The notes: generated by a model not told the origin, from the letters alone. Counted from the first letter of the stretch, positions 1 to 13,530 are shown. The stretch is DNA of 64,000 nt from Chiloscyllium plagiosum (GCF_004010195.1 NC_057719.1:11357822-11421821); one strand, 5' to 3'. Made by a program: numbers and translations.

Positions 1-869
1 GAAATGTGGAATGATATTTGGGAAAATGCTAGAAGAATTACTATCTGTAATAGAACCCAGGCTATCCAGCTGAAGATACTTCACAGGGCCCATATAGCAC
101 CGGTTCAATAGGCAGGAGCATCTCCAATGTGTCCTAAATGTCGAAATAGAGGTGGGCACTCTTGTACATTGCTTATGGACCTGTCATAAGATCCGTAGAT
201 ATTGGATTAAAGTAGCAAGTACCCTGACAGAAATTTTAGGAACGGAAATTAAAGTGGACCCTGTATCTCTCCTCTTGGGCTTTTCGAACTTTCCCTCCCT
301 GGACACGTACGGGAAGAGACTATTTTCTGTTCTTTCTTTCTGTGCAAAGAAAAATATTTTGGTGAACTGGGTGGCTGAGGGCCCCCCTGGACTTTCAAAT
401 TGGCACAGATTAATTATGGAATGTATTCGCCTTGACTTCCTTACAAATAATTTGTAAAATATTATTTTATAAAATATGGCAGCCCTTCTTGAATTACATA
501 AATATAGATATTTCGGCTATCCTAACAAGGGCTTTTATTGAATTGAGATTACAAACCTGGCTGGTCCGGGGCCCATCGGGGGAGGAATCCCGCACGAATA
601 CGGGTTTTATTACATCTGATGTTAACACAGTCCGAGCATGTAAAAGACTTAAATATACACTCTGGTTAGTTGTAGGTTAGATTAGTAGATAGTTGAGTTT
701 TGTTGTTTTTTTTTCTTTTTTCATTTTTTTTAATTTGTTTTTTTTGTTAAATTTTGGCTATTGTATATTTGAGCTAATTGTATATCAATGTTTATATCTG
801 AGAGTTTTGTTTATTTTTGTAAACTTGTAAAAATATTAAATTTCTGATAAAAATATCTGTATAAAAAAA
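1..869 (+). mobile_element. L1/Tx1-clade LINE 3' end
   Basis: ORF2 C-terminal CCHC finger (CPKC...TLVHCLWTCHKIRRYW), T-rich 3' UTR and A tail. Confidence 0.8.
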
Positions 870-1936
870 GAATTATTATTTATTACCATAAATAGCTTCT
901 AGCATCAGGTGAACAGTGAACCATTGATATTTACCTCCACTGGTCAAAACCTCTCTCTCTCATACACATACAGCGCACACACACACTTTCATTGGATTGG
1001 TTCACATTTACAAAGGTCTCTGATTTACTTGTCACAGCCTATGACAACTGATGAGAAGAAATTAAGTGGTCATCTTCAGGCTCGTGATGCTTTTTACTTT
1101 GGACCAGAAACAGTCCCTTCGCTTCCAGAGGTCTGATGGCTTCTGACCCAAACATACACACCCTTAAGTTGTTGAGCTACCTGGGAGCCAACCACATAGT
1201 TGTTGGCAGGCAGAAGGCTTTGTCATTAATAACTAGTCCAGAAATACTTGAAATCAAAGCAGAGGCAGTAGCTGTGCAGATTCTCTGCTGGATCAGACAG
1301 CAGTGTCGGTTTCTTTCTCTGTTTTTATCACTTCCTATGCTGTTACTGCCACTGCCTTCATCTGACTTCCTCCTTTTTTAAAGTGCCACTGTTTTGATCT
1401 TTTTTCTCCTCCCAATGTTCCAAAACAATTCAACAGCTTGTAAAACATTAATTAATGGTCCTAGAATTCAAAGAAATCAGCTCCAACTCTGAAAATGCCT
1501 TTAAAAAAAAGAACCAGAGTGGGGCAGAGAGCTTAGGGCAGAGTTTGGAATGAATGGAACAGAAGGGGCTCATTATTTACAGAACTTCACAAAATTCAAG
1601 CAGGAGTCCATCACTTCAGAACTCAGTCAATCTAAGTGCTAAAAGAAAAAAAACAGACATCTAGAATGCTTTATCCAGGGCCATGATGAGGGTAGATCTC
1701 ATCATAAGGCATAGTGCAGGCAGACCATCTCAAACAAAGCAAACAACTTCTCTTCACCATCCATTACAAGTCTCCTTAACAAGAGCACACTTTATCCCAT
1801 TGTAGAAATCATGGAATGTGACTTATAGGATAAAATCAGTGCAGTACACTAAATTATTTGGCCCTTCATAACTATACTAACTCCCTGAATTTCCCTGCTA
1901 TGTAGCACAGCAAAAGGTCATTTGGCCCATTGCACT

Positions 1937-2248
1937 TAGATTAGATTAGATTCCCTACAGTGTGGAAACATGCCCTTTAGCCCAACAAGTCCACACCGAC
2001 CCTCTGAAGAGCAACTCACCCAGACTCAATTCCCTCTGACTAATGCACCTTAACACAATGGGCAACTTGGCATGGCCAATTCATCTGACCTGCACATCTT
2101 TGGACTGTGGGAGGAAACCGGAGCACTCTGAGGAAACCCACGCAGACATGGGAGAAGGTGCAAACTCCACACAGACAGTCACCTGAGGCTGGAATCGAAC
2201 CTGGGACCCTGGTTCTGTGAGGTAGCAGTGCTAACCACCGTGCCACCT
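1937..2248 (-). mobile_element. tRNA-derived SINE (HE1/V-SINE type)
   Basis: Reverse complement of the 13215-13530 family; (ttaga)n tail. Confidence 0.9.
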
Positions 2249-2723
2249 CATTGAAAAATAAACCTCAATACCTTATTCCTCTGTTTTTCCCTCTCTATAC
2301 ATACAATTTGTTTCCATATTTATCTAGTTCTATTGTGAGCAATATTGAACTCTTTTGAATCTTACTCTCAGTATTTAGTGGAGGTATTTGTCAGAGGAAT
2401 GTTATAATCAACAGGATCCCAATGGTCACCACGACACTCTGCACACATCACTTTCTCCCCAACAAGGCTGTCAAAACAATCAAGAGGAGCAACAGAGCAG
2501 TCTGGTGTCAACATTCTCTGAGTTCCTCTGCTTCCTCCCTACCCCCACCCCATAACCAATAGTTCCTGGCCTTCTTTTCGGAGCAGCCCACAGGCCCTCA
2601 TACATCCTGCCGCACAGCCTGCCATCACATTGCCTCACCATGTTTGAATCAAACACTTTACAGGGAGTCACAGGTCAACAAGAGATGCAACTGACACAGC
2701 CAGCAATGAGGATGTGGGCCTAC

Positions 2724-2807
2724 CTGTGACTTGACAGTCTCGTATTCATCTGTCCCATACTCCACTTTCTTGAGTGCGGTCATGTAGTCATAACTGATGA
2801 CTGCAGT
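2724..2807 (-). CDS. ADCK1: ADCK1 next coding exon (84 nt; not in the ORF track)
   Basis: tttcag| ACT GCA GTC ATC AGT TAT GAC TAC ... TCA CAG|gtagg encodes TAVISYDYMTALKKVEYGTDEYETVKSQ, matching human TAVISYDYLTSLKSVPYGSEEYLQLRSK. Phase 0 at both ends. Confidence 0.95.
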
Positions 2808-2900
2808 CTGAAATTAACATCACAAAAACAAAGTTTGTCAAATGACTTTTTGCCTTTTTCAATACTCCACTTCACTCCTGGCAGGCAGGGTCACCAAGAT

Positions 2901-2953
2901 GGCAGAAGTGGGTACTGCAGATGCTGGAGATTGGAGTCAAGATTAAAGTGGTG
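2901..2953 (-). mobile_element. 53-bp PLE terminal fragment
   Basis: Contains actgcagatgctggagatt, shared with 24105 and 60973. 9-bp TSD caccaagat at 2892-2900 and 2954-2962. Confidence 0.7.
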
Positions 2954-3583
2954 CACCAAGATCTCTAGTCCAGCATAATGCCACCAACTGTCTTCCAGCT
3001 GCTGCTGGAGGGTAACCAGATCCTTCCTCCACCTATGTGAGGAAGGTTTCTTCAAACTTACAGGCATGATACTTCAATATCATATCCTGCTGTTTTATAC
3101 TCTCATTGCTCATAGGCAACCCAGCTCTGCAGCAGAGTGTATAGTTTCTACAACAAAACTGGGCACTAAGCCTGTCCATTAAGTCGTCTTCATAGAAATA
3201 CCTCAAGGACAATGGAAGAAGGTTTTTTTCAAGGCCAATAACTGCTTATTGCCCTGTTTAGGGCACTGGTTCAATTTTAGAAGACAGAATAAGATAATAA
3301 ACAGGGATAAACCCACAGTGGAAGTAAGTAACTCATGGTATTCCATAGTTTCTGTGCTGCCACCTCAACAACTCACTATTTTTATTAATAACTTAGAAAG
3401 CATGATGGACAGCAGTTTATCCAAGTCTTCCTATGGCACAAAGATTGATGGTATAGTCATTTGTGTAATTTTATCCCTGTGTAATTTTACAAAGACACCC
3501 TGATAAATTAAACACTAAGGTGAAACGGAGGCTGATGCAGCTAACATAAGGCCATTTTGAACAGAGGGAGAAGGAAGATCTCA

Positions 3584-3920
3584 GTGAATAGCCAAAGTCT
3601 TTTCCCAAGGGCGTGGGAGTCCAAAACTCGAGGGCATATGTTTAAGGCAAGAGTGAAATATTTAAAAGGGACCTAAGGGGCAGCTTTTTCACACAGAGGG
3701 TGGTACGTGGATGGAACGAGCTGCCAGAGGAGGTGGTGGAGACAAATACAATTACAACATTTAGAAGGCATTTGGGCAGGTAACTGTATGGGAAACATTT
3801 AGAGGATCAAATTGGATCAAGTGCTGGAAAATGGAACTAGTTCAGCTTCGGATATCTAGTCAGCACATACAAGTTGAACCAAGGAGTCTGTTTGCGTGCT
3901 GTATGACTCTATGACTCTAT
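3584..3920 (+). mobile_element. HER1-like CR1 3' end inside an older CR1 remnant (~3250-4125)
   Basis: Similar to 16615-16950; gactctat tail. Confidence 0.8.
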
Positions 3921-5349
3921 AACTTAAATGGAGTAAAAGTCAGGAACAGTAAAAATCCAAAGACATCCATGTGTCCATGTCCACAAATGACTAAATAATC
4001 AAAAAAGCTCCTGAAATGAAATGAGAGACTTTATAACACAAGGGGACAGAACAGGATACAAATGAGGTAACATTTTGCAACAGGTATGTCAAGCCCTGGC
4101 TAGCCCACATTTGGAGTACTGTGTCTCTGCTCCTCTGCGGTCCGTCAGGATCAGGGTGACTTTATTTTCTCTGACGTTGTCAATCCAGAGGTGAATTACA
4201 GTCCAAAATTGGATACACAAACCCTGCCACAAGTGGAACAGGTGGTATTAGAGGCAAGTGGGTGTGAAACTCTGAGTATCTCACTCTCCTTCAGCTCTTT
4301 GTGCTTGGCCTCCGCCTGACTTTGACTGATATGCCAAAACAGTTAACACTGTTGCAGACACTTCTTCTCCAAATTGGGAGAAGAGATTCTGAAGAGCTGA
4401 TGGGTGTGTCACATGTTTTTCACGGAGGTTCTTGGAGCACAGCCTCTGCCCTCCTGATGATTGACCATTTGCCATGATGAAGCTCAGAGTAGGCAGACAT
4501 GTTTTGCAAGTCTGTGACTGGCATACAGACGACATGGCCCACAGCTGATTGACCGTAACCAGTGCCTCAGTACTGGAGACATTGGTCTGAGAGAGGACAC
4601 GGATATCCTCCTCCAGATTTACAGGATTTTACAGAGGGACTTTACACTTTGCCACACCTTAGGAAGGAGATATTAGTCATGGGAGGTATACAGTGCAGAT
4701 TCACTATAATGTTACCAAAGGTTAGATTCCAAGGGAGATTAGGTTTTTTTTTAAAATAATTCTTTCATGGGATATGTACATCGCTGGCTAGGCCAGCATT
4801 TGTTGCCCATTTTCATTTGCTCTTGAGGTGATCAGCTGCCATCTTGAACCACTGCAGTCCATGTGATATAGGAATTTCCACAATGCTGTTGAGCAGGGAG
4901 CTCCAGGATTTTAATGCAGTGACACTGTAGGAAAAGCGATATATTTTCAGGTCAGGATGGTGAGTGGCTTGAAAGGGATTTGCTGATGGTCACGTTCATG
5001 TGCATCATCTGCCTTTGTCCTGCTAGGTGGTAGAGATTGTAGGTTTAGAAGATGCTGCTGTAGTACTCTTGAGGAGTTGCAGAAATGCATCTTGTGGACG
5101 GATTATACAAGATAATAACTCATAAATCCTAATAGGGAATTCCACAATAAATTCCTTTATCCCAGATTCAGGGCAGGGGTTGTGAAACCCTCTGACAGTT
5201 GAGACAAATAATGTTAGACACATTAAAATGGAAAGCCAGACAAGTACAAGAAATAGAATGATATGTTGATAAAGCGAGGGGAAGTGAGAGAAATTTTGAG
5301 ATGAAAGCTTGGTACAAGTAAAATTTTCACATATCTTAATAAAACTTAC

Positions 5350-5478
5350 AGTGGCCATAGCTCGTACAATTCGAACAAATCCAATGTCGTTAGGATCCAC
5401 ATGGGTCGCAACATATAAATCGGACAGCGCTAACCCTCCAGTAATTACTGCTCCGACCCTCAGGAACCACTTTGCCAT
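5350..5478 (-). CDS. ADCK1: ADCK1 (aarF/UbiB-family atypical kinase), first conserved coding exon; the exon including 5' leader is 5350-5495
   Basis: Encodes MAKWFLRVGAVITGGLALSDLYVATHVDPNDIGFVRIVRAMAT|gtaagt, resembling human ADCK1 ...LDPNDFGAVRVGRAVAT. Acceptor ttgcag with AG at 5497-5496. ADCK1 and SNW1 are divergent neighbours in human. Confidence 0.92.
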
Positions 5479-6219
5479 TCCAGGATTCAAGACCTCTGCA
5501 ACAACAACACCATCACAAGAAAGGTTTTCAAAGAATCTCCAGCAATCAAATTAATATAAAATTTCACTTCATCATCTCAGTATGTCATCTCCCAGCATCC
5601 CTCTGCCCCAATCCTCCAGACCACTTCATGTAACAATGCGTACAATAGAAGATGAAACAAGAAATGACCTGGATGCTTCTGCACCCCACAGCCACCCCGT
5701 AGTTCCTGTGGTCAAATAACTAGTGTTGCCAACCTTCTACAATTAGTTTCTGTCGTCTTAAGGACAAATATTAGTCTCCCAGACAGTGTACAATTTTCCA
5801 TTATCATTAAGCATCTTTTGTTTATTTGGAAACCAAAGGTAGAGTGGAGTGGGGAAAGGCCGGAAAACACTATTTGACTTGGACAGTGTTAGACTAATCA
5901 AAAGACGTCCAACTAGTTGTTTTTTCTTGTAAAATCAACCTGTTTGTATTTATTATGACACACCTCTGTGGCCGTCATATTCCGAAGTGAGACTTGGACC
6001 CAGATCTTCTGGCCCAGAGGTAGGAAAACCATCACTGTACCACATGACCCTATATCCAAGCAGTTGGCAACATTAAGTATCAACACTTTATTCAGGGCTT
6101 TATGGTCAGTGAGGACAGAAAAACTACTATTAAGCCTGCCTTCCTCACATTCACTACTGAATTGGCCTCTCCTGCTCAAGGTTTTAAACACTTCAAATTC
6201 GAAAAGAAGAACTTGCATG

Positions 6220-6445
6220 AATAGAATGCCCTTTACACCCTCAAGTCATCCCAAAGCACTTTACAACCAATGAGGTGCTTTTTGAAGTTCAGTCATTGTT
6301 GCTTTATGGCCAAAGTACCACAAACAGCCTCGGCCAGACAGAGGGAGATTTCCCCTGCTCTTTTTTTGTTTGAAGAGGTCAATACTATCCATCTGAGAGA
6401 GGGCATGAGGTTCACATCTCATTTGAAAGACATCCCCTCCAACAA
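6220..6445 (-). mobile_element. DeuSINE-like (SacSINE1/AmnSINE-related) remnant
   Basis: catcccaaagcactttacaaccaatga and catctcatttgaaagac resemble Deu-domain SINE segments from memory. Related pieces at ~7230-7315, 22690-22890 and 26960-27110. Confidence 0.5.
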
Positions 6446-6894
6446 ATCGAATATGCAGAGCACGAGGCAGTGTACTTGCTGTGCCAACTGGAGCAGCACC
6501 AACGCCCCCGACTGCAGAACATGTTTCATGGTGATGTCTGAAGTGAAGAAAATTGATAAAACCTGCAATTACAGTGCTGGTACTATTTCTGTCCATCGCT
6601 ATAGAAACATCATCTTGACTGGTTCTTAAAACAAAAATGTGAGAAAGCTTGAGAAGAAAATGGCAGAAGCTGTGTCCCAGAGGCAGAAGAACACCGGATC
6701 TTTGTAAACTTAGAAGGCCAGGCGAAGAGAACTGGCAGGAACTAATACAGGTACAAAAAAAGATGCTTTCGGATGTACAATTTGGTAATGAGCAAACTTG
6801 AGTTGTAAAAAGCTGTAAAGTTCAAGCAAACAGGAATGGGGAGATGGGTAGCGAGCTCATTTCTGAGGCATTGGAAAGTAATGAGTTGTTGTCA

Positions 6895-7224
6895 GAAATG
6901 GGTAGATTCAGCATCAAGGATAACGATGTCTAACACTAGGGGGCATGTATTTAAGGTGAGGGTGGGAAGTTCAAAGAAGATGTGAGGGGCATTTTTTTTT
7001 ACACAGAGAGTGGTATGAGTCTGGAGTGTACTGCCTGGGATGGTGTTGGAGGCAGATACGATAAAGGCATTTAAAGGGTTTTTAGATAAGCTCATGAATA
7101 TGCAACAAATGGAGGGATATGGACCCAGGGCAGGCAGAAGATATTAGATACATTTGGCGTTATGTTCGGCACAACATCGTGGGCCGAAGGGTCTGTTCCT
7201 GTGCTGTACTGTTCTATGTTCTAT
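6895..7224 (+). mobile_element. CR1 3' end
   Basis: actagggggcat...ttttacacagagagtggt; (gttctat)n tail. Confidence 0.8.
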
Positions 7225-7399
7225 CAGAATGTACTTCAAAAAGCACTTTATTGGCTATGAAACGCTTTGGGATGACTTGAGGGTATAAAAAGCGCTCTGG
7301 CAATGCAAGTTCTTATTTTTGAATCCAATGTGTTCAAAATCCTGAGCAGGATAGGTCAATTCTCCTCCTGTCACCTAAAAAAAAGTTGTGGGAGCCAGA

Positions 7400-10300
7400 T
7401 TGACAAGGTAAGGTAACTAGTTTGTTTCCTAATCCTTTTTTAAGTAGTCACTTCGGGAGTTAGAATAGTGGGAATGGAGTTTAGGGCAGTGGAATGTTCC
7501 TCCTGCAGAATGTGGGAAGTAAGGGTCACCACTAGTGTCCCTGCTGACTACATCTGTGGGAAGTGCACCCAACACCAGCTCCTCGAAAACCACGTTAGGG
7601 AACTGGAGCTAGAGTTGGATGAACTTCGGATCATTCGGGAGGCAGAGGTAGTCACTCCCCAGATAAAAGAAAAAGACAGATGAGTGACAGTTAGGGGACA
7701 GAAAGGGAACCGGCAGGCAGTGCAGGGATCTTCTGTGGCCATTCCCCTCAACAATAAGTATACCGTTTTGGATACCGTTGGGGGGGATGACTTACCAGGG
7801 GAAAGCAGTGGGGCTCCTGCTGCTCAGAAGGGAAGGGGGAAGAGGAGCAGAGCAGTAGTTAGGACTCGATAATGGGGACTCGATAGTTAGGGGGATGGAT
7901 AGGAGGTTCTGTGAAGATGAGAGAGACTCATAGTTGGTATGTTGCCTCCCGGGTGCCAGGGTCCGTGATGTCTCTGATCGTGTTTTTGGGATCCTTCGTG
8001 GGGAGGGAGAGCAGCCCCAAGTCGTGGTCCACATTAACACCAACGACATAGATCGGAAGAGAGATGGGGACTTGAGGCAGAAATTCAGGGAGCTAGAATG
8101 GAAGCTTAGAGCTAGGAAAAATAGAGTTGTTTTCTCTGGTTTGCTGCCCGTGCCACGTGCTAGTGAGGTGAGGAATAGGGAGAGAAAGGAGTTGAACACG
8201 TGGCTACAGGGATGGTGCAGGAGGGAGGGTTTCAGGTTTTTGGATAATTGGAGCTCTTTCTGGGGTAGATGGGACGTCTACAAGCTGGATGGTCTTCATC
8301 TAAACCAGAGGGGTACCAATATCCTGAGTGGGAAATTCGCTAAAGTTATTAAGGTGAATTTAAACTAATACAGCAGGGGGATGGGAACCAAAATTGTAGA
8401 ACAAGTACAGAAGAGGATGAGAGTAGAGAGTTCCAAAATCAAGTATTTGACACTGGCAAGCCAGAACCTGGATACTTCAGTGTGTGTACTTCAACGCAAG
8501 GAGCATCCGAAATAAACTGGGTGATTGGCAGCGTGGGTTGGTACCTGGGACTTCGATGTCGTGGCCATTACAGAGACATGGATAGAGCAGGGACAGGAAT
8601 GGCTGTTGCAGGTTCCGGGATTCAGATGTTTCAGTAAGAACAGAGAAGANNCTATCCAAATATTGACTGGGATCACTACAGTACGAGTACTATAGATGGG
8701 TCAGTTTTTGTCCAGTGTGTGTAGGAGGGTTCCTGACACAGTATGTAGACAGGCCTACAAGGGACGAAGACACTTTAGATTTAGTACTGGGTAAGGAGCC
8801 TGGCCAGGTGTTAGATTTGGAAGTAGATGAGCACTTTGGAGACAGCAACCACAATTCTGTCAGGTTTACTTTAGTGATGAAAAGGGATAGGTGTAATCCA
8901 CCGAGCAAGAGTTACAGCTGGGGGAAGGGAAATTACGATGCAATTAGGAAAGATTTAGGAAGCGTAGAATGGGGAAGGAAACTGCAGGGGATGAGCACAT
9001 TAAAAATGTGGAGCTTATTCAAGGAAAAGCTCCTGTATGTCCTAGATAAATATGTACCTGTCAGGCAGGGAGGAAGATATAGAACGTGTGAGCCGTGGTT
9101 TAATAAGAAAGTGGAATCCCTGGTCAAGAAGAAGAAGGCGGCTTATGTTAGGACAAAATGTGAAAACTCAGTTAGGGGCATTGAGGGTTACAAGGAAATG
9201 AGGAAAGACCTAAAACGAGAGCTCAGAAGAGCCAGGAGGAGACATGAGAAGTTGAAGGATCAGGGTTAACCCTAAGACTTTCCATAGGTATGTCAGGAAT
9301 AAAAGAATGACGAGAGTTAAATTAGGGCCAATCAAGGATAATAGTGGGAAATTGTGTGTGGAGTCTGAGGAGATAGGGAAAGCACTAAATAAATATTTTT
9401 CGACAATGTTCACTATAGAAAATGAAAATGTTGGCAAGGAAGATACAGAGATACTTGCATCTAGACTAGAAGAGATTGAGGTTCACAAGGAAGAGGTATT
9501 AGAAATACTGCAGAATGTGAAAATAGACAAGTCCCTTGGGCCAGATGGGATCTATCCTAGGATCCTCTGGGAAGCAAGGGAAGAGATTGCTGAGCCTTTG
9601 GCATTGATCTTCTATATCTTCCTCCCTGCCTGACAGGTACATATTTATCTAGAACATACAGGAGCTTTTCCTTGAATAAGCTCCACATTTTTAATGTGCT
9701 CATCCCCTGCATCATTGTCTACAGCAATAGTGCCTGAGGACTGAAGGATAGCAAATGTGGTTCCCTTGTTCAAAAAGGGTAATAGAGACAACCCTGGTAA
9801 TTACAGACCAGTGAGTCTCACTCCAGCTGTTGGTAAAGTGTTGGAAAAGGTTATAAGAGGTAGGATTTATAACCATCTAGAAAAGAATAATCTGATCAGG
9901 GACAGTCAGCACGGTTTTGTGAAGGGTAGATCGTGCCTAACAAATCTTATTGACTTTTTTGACAAAGATGGTTTACTCTCATCTACCAAACAGGTAGATG
10001 AGAGTAAACCAGTTGATGTGGTGTATATGGATTCCAGCAAGGTGTTCGATAAGGTTCCCCACAGTAGGCTATTATACAAAATGCGGAGGAATGGGATTGT
10101 GGGAGACATAGCAGTTTGGATCAGTAATTGGCTTGCTGAAAGAAAACAGAGGGTTGTAGTTGATAGGAAATGTTCATCTTGGTGTCCAGTTATTAGTGGC
10201 GTACCGCAAGGGTCGGTGTTGGGTCCACTGCTGTTCATCATTTTTATAAATGACCTGGATGAGGGCTTAGAAGGGTGGGTTAGTAAATTTGCAGACGATA

Positions 10301-11726
10301 CTAAGGTCGGTGGAGTTGTGGATAGTGACNNNNNNNNNNNNNNNNNNNNNNNNNNNNNNNNNNNNNNNNNNNNNNNNNNNNNNNNNNNNNNNNNNNNNNN
10401 NNNNNNNNNNNNNNNNNNNNNNNNNNNNNNNNNNNNNNNNNNNNNNNNNNNNNNNNNNNNNNNNNNNNNNNNNNNNNNNNNNNNNNNNNNNNNNNNNNNN
10501 NNNNNNNNNNNNNNNNNNNNNNNNNNNNNNNNNNNNNNNNNNNNNNNNNNNNNNNNNNNNNNNNNNNNNNNNNNNNNNNNNNNNNNNNNNNNNNNNNNNN
10601 NNNNNNNNNNNNNNNNNNNNNNNNNNNNNNNNNNNNNNNNNNNNNNNNNNNNNNNNNNNNNNNNNNNNNNNNNNNNNNNNNNNNNNNNNNNNNNNNNNNN
10701 NNNNNNNNNNNNNNNNNNNNNNNNNNNNNNNNNNNNNNNNNNNNNNNNNNNNNNNNNNNNNNNNNNNNNNNNNNNNNNNNNNNNNNNNNNNNNNNNNNNN
10801 NNNNNNNNNNNNNNNNNNNNNNNNNNNNNNNNNNNNNNNNNNNNNNNNNNNNNNNNNNNNNNNNNNNNNNNNNNNNNNNNNNNNNNNNNNNNNNNNNNNN
10901 NNNNNNNNNNNNNNNNNNNNNNNNNNNNNNNNNNNNNNNNNNNNNNNNNNNNNNNNNNNNNNNNNNNNNNNNNNNNNNNNNNNNNNNNNNNNNNNNNNNN
11001 NNNNNNNNNNNNNNNNNNNNNNNNNNNNNNNNNNNNNNNNNNNNNNNNNNNNNNNNNNNNNNNNNNNNNNNNNNNNNNNNNNNNNNNNNNNNNNNNNNNN
11101 NNNNNNNNNNNNNNNNNNNNNNNNNNNNNNNNNNNNNNNNNNNNNNNNNNNNNNNNNNNNNNNNNNNNNNNNNNNNNNNNNNNNNNNNNNNNNNNNNNNN
11201 NNNNNNNTGTACAGTTCTGGTCACCGCATTATAAGAAGGATGTGGAAGCTTTGGAAAGGGTGCAGAGGAGATTTACTAGGATGTTGCCTGGTATGGAAGG
11301 AATGTCTTATGAGGAAAGGCTGAGGGCCTTGAGGCTGTTCTTGTTAGAGAGAAGAAGGTTGAGAGGTGACTTAATAGAGATGTACAAGATAATCAGAGGG
11401 TTAGATAAGGTGGACAGTGAGAGCCTTTTTCCTCAGATGGTGATGGCTAGCACAAGGGGACATAGCTTGAAATTGAGGCGTGATAGATACAGGACATGTG
11501 AGAGGTAGGTTCTTTACTCAGAGAGTAGTAAGGGTACGGAATGCTTTGCCTGCAACGGTAGTTGATTCGCCATATTTAAGTGCATTTAAGTGCATTTAAG
11601 TCGTCATTGGACAGGCATATGGACGTACATGGAATAGTGTAGGTGGGATGGGCTTCAGATTAGTATGACAGGGTGGCGCAACATCGAGGGCCGAAGGGCC
11701 TGTATTGCGCTGTAATGTTCTATGTT
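7400..11726 (+). mobile_element. CR1 LINE, near full-length and decayed (ORF1 Zn finger and SGNH esterase; ORF2 APE and RT), spanning a gap
   Basis: ECSSCRMW...YICGKC, VHINTND and DGLHLN (ORF1); [24 protein letters not shown] and KFADDTK (ORF2); gttctat-type tail. Confidence 0.92.
10330..11207. other. Assembly gap
   Basis: Run of N. Confidence 1.
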
Positions 11727-13214
11727 GAATCAATGTTGAATTCAGTCGTGAATGCTATTGGCGGGTAATCTCAGTTTCCACGTGCACACACATGAAAACA
11801 AATCCCAAGTGGATTGCTCATAGTTGCTGCAAGCAATGAAGCTGATTTGATAAGGCTGATTGAAGCTCTTCCCCTGGTGCAGTGGAGCCCAGAACAGGGG
11901 GGGACAAAAGCTTAAAATTAGAGCTGGGACAACCAGCGGTTCTGTCGGGAAGCAGTTCTTCACACGAAAAGGAATGGAAATTTGAAAATCTTTTCTCAGA
12001 AGAAAGGTACCAAGGGTGGGGATCAATTGAAAATTTCAAAACAGTGGAAACATATTTTGTTGACTGGCGGAACAAGCTCCAGGTGCTATGTTGCCTCTGC
12101 CTCATAGCATCAGAGAAATGTAAGCATGCCATTTGGCCCATCATGTTCATACCAGTCAACTAATAGATTAATCAAACCAAATTCTCTTGATCCACAGTCC
12201 TGGATATGAACTTGAAGTATCACAGACTGCTGGTACTTTTTAAATGCTATGGGGATTTCTGGCATGACCTCTTTTTAAAAGTTAATGAGTTCCAGATTCC
12301 ACATGTGAGGGGGAGAAAATAAATGCCCTCTGAACCTCCTACATCTTACCCAAAATCAACGTTAATTATTCTTCAACCAGGGAGAATTCAGCCCTCCTAG
12401 CCATTTCATCTAGATTCGCTCATCTTTTCAGAGTAGTTGGAAAAGTGGAAGCTTGGAAGGGATAAGAAAATTTGTAGAACTGGTAATGACACATAAAATA
12501 AACGTCTTAATTTTTATTGCTTATCATCTTGGATTAGTGCCACACCCAAACTCTTCCAACTCTTTCATGCACAGGATCTTGTAATACAGAAACAGGCTCA
12601 CTGATGAATAATCAACACCAGAGGAACCTATAAGTAGCATTGGGATGGAATGTGTGACAAAGAACCTCACAACAGATACGTCAAAATAACTTGCCAACTA
12701 ATTATATTCCAATTCCAACATTGTACTGAATTAAATAAGATTAATTCAGCCCAATATAATGACACAACGGTTCACACACACAGGGAATATAAGTCAATTT
12801 GGGCAGCAATTGGTGTTGAAACTAACAGTTCTGACCCAACCCAAATCATATGGTGGAATATTCTTAGTAACCGTGTTCCAGCTCTTGGCAGGGTCCAGTC
12901 ATGTTTTCTGCTTTAATGTGCACAGTGGCATCACTGCACCATTCCCACCAGATCTGTACCCTACCAGGTTCAGGACTGTTGCCACTGCACCAAAGGGTGA
13001 GTGCAGCAGCATTAACACAGCAAGTGCAGCTTGTATGCAGGGTTCAGCATACAAACAGCTAAGCTTTGTAATACATGATACAATGGTTTGCACATAATGG
13101 GGTCAACTTTGTGTAAACTGTTGTTTGATGTGCCTCAAAAGCCCCGCACTGACATTAAAGTGGCTGCTGGAGTTACAATGATCAACATAAAACCAATGGG
13201 CCAAGATGCTGCTA

Positions 13215-13530
13215 GGGGCGGCACAGTGGCTCAGTGGTTAGCACTGCTGCCTCTCAGCGTCAGGGACCCAGGTTCGATTCCAGCCCTGGGTGACTGTCTG
13301 TGTGGAGTTTGCATATTCTCCCCGTGTCTGCGTGGGTTTCCTTCAGGTGCTCCAGTTTCCTTGCACAGTCCAAAGATATGAAGGCCAGGTGAATTGGCCA
13401 TGCTAAATTGCCCATAGTGTTAGGTGCTTTAGTCAGAGGGAAATGGATCTGGGTGGATTACCCTTCAGAGAGTCGATGTGGACTTCTTGGGCCAAAGGGC
13501 CTGTTTCCACACTGTAGGGAATCTAATCTA
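13215..13530 (+). mobile_element. tRNA-derived SINE (HE1/V-SINE type), full length
   Basis: A box TGGCTCAGTGG at 13227-13237, B box GGTTCGATTCC at 13271-13281, central tgtggagtttgcatattctcccc domain, (aatct)n tail. Confidence 0.9.

Noticed and set aside
5023..5349. C-terminal hydrophobic part of the 155-aa ORF 5023-5490
   Set aside because: Read-through into the intron past the GTAAGT donor at 5349. Only 5350-5478 resembles ADCK1.
9757..11508. 583-aa ORF and the other long ORFs at 10289, 10301, 19504-20358 and 33729-34584
   Set aside because: Their length comes from N runs. The real parts are CR1 RT fragments or non-coding sequence.
11730..13200. Nested gene in less repetitive stretches of ADCK1 intron 1 (also 20600-21650, 26290-27440, 32400-33400, 44400-46800)
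   Set aside because: The short ORFs match no protein I recognise and form no consistent exon chain.
13215..13290. tRNA gene
   Set aside because: The A/B boxes belong to a SINE head that continues into SINE body and tail and is repeated elsewhere in the window.
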